A stretch of 64,000 nt of DNA from Lentisphaerae bacterium GWF2_38_69 (GTDB taxonomy: Bacteria > Verrucomicrobiota > Lentisphaeria > Victivallales > GWF2-38-69), in assembly GCA_001803205.1 (NCBI GenBank), contig MHBE01000042.1:10262-74261 (forward strand), given 5' to 3'. Positions 38,279-46,181 of the stretch are shown here, in pieces (the stretch's first letter is position 1; each line of letters opens with the position of its first letter). The notes below the pieces were generated by a model. That model saw only the letters and a program-made list of their open reading frames with translations, searched no databases and was not told where the DNA came from. A program made the position numbers and the translations under genes.

Positions 38279-39112
38279 TTATAGTGTTTTTATTTTTTCT
38301 GAAATTAGGGTCTTAATTTCACTGTCTTTGGCAATCGCATTGGCGACTGCTGAATCAAATACAGGCGGAAGCTGGACATCAATAATATTCAGTGAAGCTT
38401 CCGTAATTCCGCCTTTTGTAGCAACTTTATCTGTTAGTTCTCTGAAGGATATATTGTTTTCCCATAACATTTTAATAGTGCCGAAAATAGTTCTTAGAAG
38501 AAGCCTGTCTGATACTTCCTTGGGAATTCCGGTATTGCGGATGGCAGAGTGAGAGTAATTGTCGAAAATAGCAGCAAGTATGCCCGGAGCGCTGCTGGTA
38601 ATATTAACGGCTGAAGCATAGTCATTTTCACTGATTGGAACAACATCTCCAAGGGATTTGAGTATGTTTTCAATTTCTATTACCGATGCCATGCATACGG
38701 ATTTGTTGTGAGTAATAAAGGTTGTGCCGTTACCGGATTCGGAAATAACTGTCGGGAGAGTTCTTGTTATTCTACCTTTAAAGAATTTTTCTATAGCAGC
38801 GATTTCCACGCACGCGGCGATCGAAACAAGATGTTGTTTTTTTGCATTTAGAACGCCTTTTATCTCATTTATAACTTCCGGAACTGCAAGTGGTTTTACG
38901 CAAAGAAAAAGAATGTCGGAGTTCGATGCGGCTAACTTGTTATCGCTGACTATGCTGCAGCCCTGAAATTCTGCGCTGTTTCTTATTTGAGAAGCCCGTT
39001 CTGGAGTTTCTGATATTATAATCTGAGATGGCTGGAAGATTTGCTGGGACAGAAAAGTGTTGAGCATCGAGGATGCCATATGCCCGCACCCTATAAAACC
39101 TATTTTTTTCAT
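38279..39112 (-). CDS. proC: Pyrroline-5-carboxylate reductase
   Basis: MKKIGFIGCGHMASSM Rossmann N-terminus and C-terminal VATKGGITEA. Confidence 0.85.
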   Translation of the reverse strand: MKKIGFIGCGHMASSMLNTFLSQQIFQPSQIIISETPERASQIRNSAEFQGCSIVSDNKLAASNSDILFLCVKPLAVPEVINEIKGVLNAKKQHLVSIAACVEIAAIEKFFKGRITRTLPTVISESGNGTTFITHNKSVCMASVIEIENILKSLGDVVPISENDYASAVNITSSAPGILAAIFDNYSHSAIRNTGIPKEVSDRLLLRTIFGTIKMLWENNISFRELTDKVATKGGITEASLNIIDVQLPPVFDSAVANAIAKDSEIKTLISEKIKTL

Positions 39113-39316
39113 GATGTATATGGTTGTTAAAGATTAAACTTGTGGCAGAAATCTATAGACTAATTCCGAATATTCAATTCGAAGACTTTACAAAGCTACC
39201 AAACTGTAAAAGTTTATGATATTTAATAGCGTTCTATATATATGAACGATATAATAAAAATAGATAATCTACTGAATTAATATGTCATTTAAATTACTAT
39301 AAAAACTGTTACTTCC

Positions 39317-42300
39317 ATGGCTAATTTTATTACAAATAGCGGGGTGAATGACCTTAAAAAGCGGATAGTTGAGCTTCTTAAGAGAAGCGATGAATTGAAG
39401 TTCTTAGTCGGATTCTTCTATTTTTCTGTAATAAGGGAGCTTTATGAGGGACTGAAATCAAATCCTGAAACCATAACAAAGATCCTTGTTGGTTTAAGCG
39501 TCGACCATTCCAACTTAGGGATGATTGAATTCTCGGAAAACGAGCAGCTATCAGATGAAGAAACGACATATAAGTTTTTTGAGTCAGTTAAAAAATCCTT
39601 GAACACAGAGAATTTTGATACGAAAGAGTTTTACGAACAGATACGGTTTTTCATCGAACTCATCCAGAAAGACAAGTTGATTATCCGTAAGACCTATAAA
39701 CCCAACCACTCCAAGTTATATCTTTTCAAACTTGAGCAAAGTCAGGTTGGCAAGAAACAATTGTTTATAACAGGCAGCAGCAACCTGACAAAGGCCGGGC
39801 TTTACACTCAGAATGAATTTAATGTGGAGATTGGCGACTATGGATTTGAAGATGCGGAAAAATATTTTGACGAACTTTGGGGAGATGCAGTAAAAATTAC
39901 GGAATTCAATGATACTAAAAAGAAGCTTGTTGAGGTGATTGAAAAGGAAACTCTTATTAAAGATATTTCGCCGTTTGAAGCTTTTTGCCTAGTCTTAAAA
40001 ACCTATTTGGACTCGTTTGAACAAAAAGATATAGGTGAATCTCTGAAAAAAACAATGGAAGAAAATGGCTACACTCCATATCTGTATCAGCTTGATGCGG
40101 TAAAACAGGCCTTAGCCATTATTGAAAACAATAACGGCGTAATAGTAGCTGATGTGGTAGGTTTGGGGAAAACTATTATTGCCTGCGCCATTGCCAAGCA
40201 GCTTAAAAAACGGGGCGTTATTATTTGCCCACCCGGTCTTGTCGGAGACAAAAATAAAAATTCAGGCTGGAAGAAATATACAGAGGAATTCGGGCTTTAT
40301 GAATGGGAGGTGCGTTCTCTTGGCGATCTGGAAAATACTTTGGAATTTGTTCAGAAATTCAGAGACATCGAGGCAGTGATTGTTGATGAGGCGCACCGTT
40401 TCAGGAACCAGGATACTCAGGATTATGAATTCCTTAAAAATATCTGCAGGGAAAAGCAGGTTATCTTGCTGACTGCCACTCCTTTTAACAATCGCCCAGG
40501 CGACATTCTTTCACTTCTCAAGCTATTTATTACGCCCAAAAAATCGTCAATCACTTTAGAAAGCAACCTTGTTGACCAGTTCCATGGATTTAAAGGCACT
40601 TTTGACCGGCTTGGTTACATAAAGAAATACTGGAAATCATCTGACAACTCAAAAAGAACCAAAGCCCAAACTTATTACAAGGCATTATTTGAAGAAGACA
40701 AAGTTGATTTAAAGAAAGTTTCCGGCAGGGCGCGCTATCTAGCCAGGCAAATCAGAGATGTTATTGAACCTGTGACTATCAGGCGAAACCGTTTGGATCT
40801 TCATAATAATCCTTTGTATAAAAATGAGGTAAAAGAGCTATCCAAGGTAGCTGACCCCATTGAATGGTTTTTTGAATTAAGCAAAAAACAATCTGAATTC
40901 TACTCTGAAATAATTGAGAGCTATTTTGGCGACCACGATGAGTGCGGACGCTTCAAGGGCGCTATATACCGCCCCTTTGAGTATGAAAAAGATATTAAAG
41001 GAAAGATAAACGAAGAAGATAACAGACAGCTCCAGCAGCAGCGAAACTTGTTTGATTTCATGCGTCGATTGCTGGTTAAGAGATTTGAAAGTTCTTTTGG
41101 CGCCTTTATGCAAAGCATTAGGAATTTCAAAAAGATTACTTTGAATGCGCTGACTTTCATAGAGAAGACCGGCGAATATATTCTGGATCGGGGACTGCTT
41201 GAGAAAATCTATGAACTCGGCGAGGATGAGATAGAAAAGTATCTTGCCGAATATGAGGATAAAATAAACAAAGGCGAGTATCCAAAGAATCATAAACGAT
41301 ACAAAATAAAGAACTTTGATTTGAGAGACGAGTTCCTTGCTCATATTCAATCCGACCTTGATTTATTTGATGAGATACTAGACAGGCTTTCTAATCTGGA
41401 TTTAGTAAAGAATGATCCTAAAACAGATTGCCTTATTGAAAATATAAAGAAGGAATTTGCAGGAAAACCGAACAAAGGCGAGCCAAGGCGAAAGATAATT
41501 ATTTTTACAGAATATGTTGATACTGCTAACTATATAGAAAAAGCTCTAAGGAATAATTTTGGCGACAGGATACTGGTGGTTGCCGGTGATTTGCCGCCAT
41601 CGAAGATTATTCAGATAAACAAAAACTTTGATGCTTCCTATTCTGAGCAGGAAAATTATTTCGACTTGCTGCTTGCTACAGATAAGATTTCCGAAGGGTT
41701 TAACCTTAATCGCGCCGGGATGGTTATAAATTACGATATCCCCTGGAATCCGGTGCGGGTTATCCAGAGGCTTGGCCGTATTAACCGTATCAGCAAAAAA
41801 GTTTTTGATGAACTTTATATCGTGAATTTCTTCCCTACCGAAAAGGGAGCGGAACTGGTGCAATCCCGCGAAATTGCAGCCAATAAAATGTTCCTTATCC
41901 ATAATGCACTGGGCGAAGATTCAAAGATATTCGATATAGACGAAGAACCGACTCCTGCAGGTTTATTCAGGCGCGTCCAACAGAATCCTGACGAACTGGA
42001 GGAAGAGAGTTTTTATACCAAAGCTTTCAAGGAATATTTGAGGATCAAAAAAGAACATCCTGCATTAATTGAAAACCTTAAAAACTATCCACCTCGAATA
42101 AAGGTGGCAAAGCTATACAGTGAAAATGAACTTCTGGTGTTCTTCAAAAAAGGCCGTTTATATGTAAGCGCTGCTAAGACTCAAACAGATAAAGTTGCAC
42201 CATACCAGACTGTGTTTGAAGATGTCTTTGAGAAAGTTGCCTGCAAGTCAGATGAAAAATCGCTTAATTGGAACACTGATAAATTCTGGCAGGCATATCA

Positions 42301-42637
42301 GACAATTCAAGATTTTAAAAATTATCGCCTACTCCCAACCAATGAACAAAGTTTAGAAATTAAAGCATTGAACAATCTTGCTTTTCTTATCAAAAACGCA
42401 AAAGAAGAACTGATGCCTCACAAGGATTTTCTGCGCACTCTTAAAGAAGATATATTAGGTTATGGTACCCTGGCTGATTATACACTGCGCAGGATTTCTA
42501 ATTTTAAAGAAGATTCCATCAAAGACCTTCAGGAACTAAAAGATGAATTGGGCGAAGATTATCTGATCAAAGAAAAGAATCACCTGAAAGACCAGAAAAA
42601 GGAAATAATTATAGCTATACAAAACCTTAAGGAATAA
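39317..42637 (+). CDS. PLD-family (single HKD motif) nuclease domain fused to an SNF2/DEAH-box helicase-translocase
   Basis: HKD motif NHSKLYLFK...FITGSSNLTKAG in the first 170 aa or so. Helicase motifs ADVVGLGKT (I), VIVDEAHRFRN (II), LLTATPFNNRPGD (III), and KIIIFTEY...LLATDKISEGFNL...INYDIPWNPVRVIQRLGRINRI (IV-VI). Uninterrupted 1106-aa frame. Confidence 0.85.
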   Translation: MANFITNSGVNDLKKRIVELLKRSDELKFLVGFFYFSVIRELYEGLKSNPETITKILVGLSVDHSNLGMIEFSENEQLSDEETTYKFFESVKKSLNTENFDTKEFYEQIRFFIELIQKDKLIIRKTYKPNHSKLYLFKLEQSQVGKKQLFITGSSNLTKAGLYTQNEFNVEIGDYGFEDAEKYFDELWGDAVKITEFNDTKKKLVEVIEKETLIKDISPFEAFCLVLKTYLDSFEQKDIGESLKKTMEENGYTPYLYQLDAVKQALAIIENNNGVIVADVVGLGKTIIACAIAKQLKKRGVIICPPGLVGDKNKNSGWKKYTEEFGLYEWEVRSLGDLENTLEFVQKFRDIEAVIVDEAHRFRNQDTQDYEFLKNICREKQVILLTATPFNNRPGDILSLLKLFITPKKSSITLESNLVDQFHGFKGTFDRLGYIKKYWKSSDNSKRTKAQTYYKALFEEDKVDLKKVSGRARYLARQIRDVIEPVTIRRNRLDLHNNPLYKNEVKELSKVADPIEWFFELSKKQSEFYSEIIESYFGDHDECGRFKGAIYRPFEYEKDIKGKINEEDNRQLQQQRNLFDFMRRLLVKRFESSFGAFMQSIRNFKKITLNALTFIEKTGEYILDRGLLEKIYELGEDEIEKYLAEYEDKINKGEYPKNHKRYKIKNFDLRDEFLAHIQSDLDLFDEILDRLSNLDLVKNDPKTDCLIENIKKEFAGKPNKGEPRRKIIIFTEYVDTANYIEKALRNNFGDRILVVAGDLPPSKIIQINKNFDASYSEQENYFDLLLATDKISEGFNLNRAGMVINYDIPWNPVRVIQRLGRINRISKKVFDELYIVNFFPTEKGAELVQSREIAANKMFLIHNALGEDSKIFDIDEEPTPAGLFRRVQQNPDELEEESFYTKAFKEYLRIKKEHPALIENLKNYPPRIKVAKLYSENELLVFFKKGRLYVSAAKTQTDKVAPYQTVFEDVFEKVACKSDEKSLNWNTDKFWQAYQTIQDFKNYRLLPTNEQSLEIKALNNLAFLIKNAKEELMPHKDFLRTLKEDILGYGTLADYTLRRISNFKEDSIKDLQELKDELGEDYLIKEKNHLKDQKKEIIIAIQNLKE

Positions 42638-42648
42638 TTTTGTGAGAT

Positions 42649-44118
42649 ATGAGCGAAGCAATTGAAAATATTCTGATTCTTCCTGAAGGTAAAACTCTGG
42701 AATTTAAAAGAGATATATCTTCCCCAAAGCCTATTTTGAAAACCTTAACTGCGTTTGCAAATACCGCAGGAGGAAAACTTATCATCGGCATAAGCGATTC
42801 AAAGACAGTTATCGGTGTCGAAAACCCTCTTGACGAAGAAGAAAAGCTCTGCAGTATAATTGCAGACTCTATTGCTCCAAAATTAGTTCCTAATGTTGAA
42901 TTAGTTACATATCAGGATAAGACTTTGCTGGTTGTTGAGGTATTTTTGAGTTCATTGAGACCTCATTATTTAAAAGCAGAAGGATCCGATAGAGGGGTTT
43001 ATGTCAGGCTTGGTTCTACTAACAGGTTGGCGGATAAGGAATTAATAGAAGAGCTTCGCCGTTCTGTAGATGGTGTTGCTTTTGATGAGATGCCTATGCC
43101 TGGTCTGAAAGTTGATAATCTGGATTTAAATGCCGCAACTGAATTATTCGGAAGGAATGATGAACTGACTGAAAAGGAACTGCTTACTCTAAAGATTCTG
43201 ACGAAATATCAAGGCAGGTTGATACCTACCAAAGGGGCTGTTCTGTTATTTGGAAAGGAAAGAATTTCACATTTTCCTGACGCATGGATACAATGCGGCC
43301 GTTTCATAGGAAAGGATAAATCAGAAATCTTCGACCATACCGATATCTATGATCCTCTTCCATTAGCAGTCGAAAGCATAATGCATTTCCTAAAGAAAAA
43401 TGCTATAAAAGGGGCAGATTTCTCAAAAACTCGCCGACAGGATGTCTGGAGTATCCCTCTGACAATCTTGAGAGAGGCTGTAATTAATGCCATTGTTCAT
43501 TCAGACTACTCCCAGAGAGGCGCTCCCATCAGGATTTCATTTTTCGACGACCGCATTGAGGTCGAAAATCCAGGAATCTTATTGCCTGGCATGACCATAG
43601 AAGATATGAAGCAAGGCATTTCCAGAATCCGTAATCCTGTTATAGCCCGTATCTTCCGCGAACTTAACTTCATTGAACAATGGGGAAGCGGAGTACGAAG
43701 AATATTTAAAGAAGCAAAAGAGAAAGGACTTCCCGAACCCCAGATAATAGAAATCGGCATGCGTTTGCGCTTTATAATTCCATTTGCTGAACTTCATACG
43801 ACACAAGTTGAAGCACAAGTTGAAGCACAAGTTGAAGCACAAGTTGACATAGATATACTTTCTGTATGCTCTTCTAATCCCATTTCCTCCGCTGAATTAG
43901 CAAAGGCTCTTGGTCATAAACAGTTAAGCGGCAACATTAGGAAAGCTATTCCCAGACTGAGAGAGACTGGCTTATTAGAATATACTATACCTGATAAACC
44001 CAGGAGCCGTAATCAGAAGTACAAACTGACTCAGAAAGGCCAGAACATGAAAATAGCAATAACTAACAGAGAGATAGCAAATGAGCGAGGCAAGACAGAT
44101 ATTAGAAACGATAATTGA
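42649..44118 (+). CDS. Schlafen/AlbA_2-type domain + HATPase_c_4-like domain + C-terminal winged-helix protein (often auto-annotated as RecG-like ATP-dependent DNA helicase or transcriptional regulator)
   Basis: LPEGKTLEFKRDISSPKPILKTLTAFANTAGGKLIIGI (AlbA_2), REAVINAIVHSDY...IRISFFDDRIEVENPG (HATPase-like), and C-terminal LRETGLLEYTIPDKPRSRNQKYKLTQKG (wHTH). Starts 11 nt after the upstream stop. Confidence 0.8.
   Translation: MSEAIENILILPEGKTLEFKRDISSPKPILKTLTAFANTAGGKLIIGISDSKTVIGVENPLDEEEKLCSIIADSIAPKLVPNVELVTYQDKTLLVVEVFLSSLRPHYLKAEGSDRGVYVRLGSTNRLADKELIEELRRSVDGVAFDEMPMPGLKVDNLDLNAATELFGRNDELTEKELLTLKILTKYQGRLIPTKGAVLLFGKERISHFPDAWIQCGRFIGKDKSEIFDHTDIYDPLPLAVESIMHFLKKNAIKGADFSKTRRQDVWSIPLTILREAVINAIVHSDYSQRGAPIRISFFDDRIEVENPGILLPGMTIEDMKQGISRIRNPVIARIFRELNFIEQWGSGVRRIFKEAKEKGLPEPQIIEIGMRLRFIIPFAELHTTQVEAQVEAQVEAQVDIDILSVCSSNPISSAELAKALGHKQLSGNIRKAIPRLRETGLLEYTIPDKPRSRNQKYKLTQKGQNMKIAITNREIANERGKTDIRNDN
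43804..43847 (+). repeat. 12-bp tandem repeat (caagttgaagca, about 3.7 copies) encoding (QVEA)n in an interdomain linker
   Basis: Read directly: caagttgaagca x3, then caagttga. Translated as QVEAQVEAQVEAQVD. Confidence 0.9.
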
Positions 44119-44276
44119 TGATTTTTCCATCGATAAGTTCAGTCGTTTTTTTCGTAAAAAGAGCCGTCAGTTTGCAGAGCGGACAGAAAATTATTCTCAC
44201 TACAACGATGAATGGTTTACAAGCTCTACGCCTGACTCCCGAAGAAATCCGCATCATCGAAGGCGTGGATAAATGA
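44081..44276 (+). pseudogene. Collapsed relic of a type IIG-like (Eco57I/TaqI-C-type) methyltransferase/restriction gene: N-terminal about 46 aa joined out of frame to the C-terminal about 22 aa
   Basis: The N-terminal piece MSEARQILETIIDDFSIDKFSRFFRKKSRQFAERTENYSHYNDEWF overlaps the upstream gene by 38 nt. A second frame (44208-44276) reads MNGLQALRLTPEEIRIIEGVDK*, the ...L(Y)GLTxEEIxIIEG tail typical of such enzymes. The family assignment is from memory only. Confidence 0.5.
44244..44263 (+). repeat. Left copy of a perfect 20-bp direct repeat gaaatccgcatcatcgaagg
   Basis: Identical 20-mer found at 46298-46317. The flanking bases differ. Confidence 0.9.
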
Positions 44277-44377
44277 TAATCAGATATTTAGATTGTATCG
44301 AATTAGAATTAAGGTTTAATAAAATATAAATTGATGTTGAATATATTATCTTTTGATAATTACAAACGGAGGAACAA

Positions 44378-45457
44378 ATGATATCAAAACTGTGTATCAG
44401 CCGATTTAAGGGCTTTGAACATCTAGAATTGTCAAAACTTACAAGAGTTACGCTACTAGGCGGCAAAAATAATGTCGGGAAGACTACTATTCTGGAAGCC
44501 CTTTTCATGTTTTTTGATAGGTTTAACCCTCAGATGATACTGCGTCAGTTTGCACTTAGGGGCGTAAATGTCATTCCGATGGAACCTGAGTCTATGTGGG
44601 CTCCAGTTTTTAATAACTACGAACTTACGAAGTCAATTATAATTTCCGGCTTAGTGGACAGGAAAGAAGAAAAAATGACAGTTAAATTCAATCCAAACTA
44701 TATTGCATCCATTCCTGCAGATATTCCCAAGTCGGGAGAAAGATCATTACAGATTAGAACCGACCAGAAGCCTGTCCCATCCTATGCTCTGGATATAACT
44801 TATGACAATAAGGAAATGAAAAACCAGACAGCACACCTTCTGATGAGCCAAAGCGGTATTGGAATACAAATTGACAATGCAAAAATGAAAAAAAACTATC
44901 AGATAACTTTTATAGGAGCAAGAGGCTCGGGGAATCCATCTGAAGACGCTGTTCGTTTTGGACAATTAGATATATTAGGCATGCAGAATAAGATACTGGA
45001 TTTGCTAAAAATTGTAGAACCTAACCTAAAAAGCCTCTCTTCAATATCAATGGGTGATACTTCTATGGTTTACGGAGATATCGGGCTTTCCAGGAAGATA
45101 CCAATATCATATATGGGTGATGGCGTGTCTCGCCTTTTAACGATTATTTTAGCTATTGCAACTGCAAAGAATGGCATTGTTGCTATTGATGAGTGCGAGA
45201 ACGGTATTCACTACTCGGTAATGCCAAAAGTATGGAAAGGAATTGTTCATGCCGCAAATGAGTTTAATTGTCAGGTCATAGCTACCACGCATAGCGATGA
45301 GTGTTTAAGAGCTGCTTATGAAGGGCTTTCAGGAGAATTTGAAAAAGATCTTAGTTTTACTCGAATTGACCGTCTTCCAAATAGACAAACATTAGCAAAA
45401 ACTTTTGACTATGAGATGCTCAGAGTTGCTTTTGAAACGAATATGGAGGTGCGTTGA
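44378..45457 (+). CDS. ABC/SMC-type (AAA_15/AAA_21-like) ATPase
   Basis: Walker A LLGGKNNVGKTTILEAL, Walker B IVAIDECENGIH, and ATTHS H-loop. Strong RBS (CGGAGGA). Confidence 0.8.
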   Translation: MISKLCISRFKGFEHLELSKLTRVTLLGGKNNVGKTTILEALFMFFDRFNPQMILRQFALRGVNVIPMEPESMWAPVFNNYELTKSIIISGLVDRKEEKMTVKFNPNYIASIPADIPKSGERSLQIRTDQKPVPSYALDITYDNKEMKNQTAHLLMSQSGIGIQIDNAKMKKNYQITFIGARGSGNPSEDAVRFGQLDILGMQNKILDLLKIVEPNLKSLSSISMGDTSMVYGDIGLSRKIPISYMGDGVSRLLTIILAIATAKNGIVAIDECENGIHYSVMPKVWKGIVHAANEFNCQVIATTHSDECLRAAYEGLSGEFEKDLSFTRIDRLPNRQTLAKTFDYEMLRVAFETNMEVR

Positions 45458-45458
45458 A

Positions 45459-46106
45459 ATGCCTCTTAATAAAGATAAAAAGACACGGATTGAGCGAAGC
45501 AAGCTTATTTTAGCCGAGGGCTTGGATGCATACTTTTTTTGCATATGGGCATGTAATACTTACAGACCGGAAACTATCCAAATTCTTGATTTTGGTGGTA
45601 TAGGTGACTTAAGCAAGTTCATTGCAGGAATAAAACTTCTGCCAAATTATGAACAGGTAGAAACAATCGTAATACTTCGGGATGCCGAAAAGGATGCTAA
45701 GTCAGCTATTGACAGCATAAAAAGCTCATTAAAAAAAGAAGGGTTTTCCATACCTAAAAAGCCTTGCGAATTTACTTCTTCCTCTCCGCGTATTGCCTAT
45801 ATGGTGTTACCAGGGTTTGGTAAAGATGTTGATGGGATGAATTATCTTCCTGCTGGCACTCTTGAAGATCTTTGTATCGAGATTGTTAGTAACGATCCGA
45901 TCATAGAATGCGTAGATCAATATCTGCAATGCGTGCAATCTAAAAACACTAAGCTGACACATCCTCACAAAGCAAAGCTCCATGCTTATCTTGCAGGTAA
46001 AAATGAGTATGTTGGATTGAAAATTGGAGAAGCTTCCAAAGCAGGAGTATGGAACTGGGAGCATGAAAGGCTTAAGCCCTTTAAAGAAGTAATAATGGCG
46101 ATGTAG
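45459..46106 (+). CDS. TOPRIM-like partner protein (DUF3226/DUF4276/RloB-like class; exact family unresolved)
   Basis: LILAEGLDAYFF (conserved Glu), IVILRDAEKD (acidic cluster) and GTLEDLCIE. The ATG at 45459 follows GGAGGTG and lies 1 nt after the ATPase stop. Confidence 0.6.
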   Translation: MPLNKDKKTRIERSKLILAEGLDAYFFCIWACNTYRPETIQILDFGGIGDLSKFIAGIKLLPNYEQVETIVILRDAEKDAKSAIDSIKSSLKKEGFSIPKKPCEFTSSSPRIAYMVLPGFGKDVDGMNYLPAGTLEDLCIEIVSNDPIIECVDQYLQCVQSKNTKLTHPHKAKLHAYLAGKNEYVGLKIGEASKAGVWNWEHERLKPFKEVIMAM

Positions 46107-46115
46107 AAGATGATT

Positions 46116-46181
46116 CTATCAACAATCTAGCGTGAAATAAATGGAGTTTTGTTGATAGTTGTCGATAGAAAATGTTGATAG
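46116..46181. promoter_or_regulatory. Cluster of four copies of a 9-bp motif TGT(T/C)GATAG (one inverted, three direct): candidate operator upstream of the AbiE module
   Basis: ctatcaaca at 46116-46124 (inverted). tgttgatag at 46150-46158, tgtcgatag at 46160-46168, tgttgatag at 46173-46181. Confidence 0.45.

Noticed and set aside
39113-39316. The AT-rich 204-bp island boundary, examined for a tRNA/tmRNA gene or att site.
   Set aside because: I found no cloverleaf-compatible sequence (no GTTCGAATC-like T-arm) and no repeat of this boundary sequence at the other island edge.
43804-43847. The short tandem repeat as a possible CRISPR-like or regulatory array.
   Set aside because: It is a 12-bp unit with no spacers, lies inside an open reading frame and translates in frame as QVEA repeats. 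It is a coding microsatellite, not a CRISPR array.
39317-44118. Classifying the PLD-SNF2 locus as DISARM.
   Set aside because: DISARM requires DrmA (helicase) and DrmB (DUF1998). Neither is recognisable in the island. Here PLD and SNF2 are fused and paired with an AlbA_2 protein instead.
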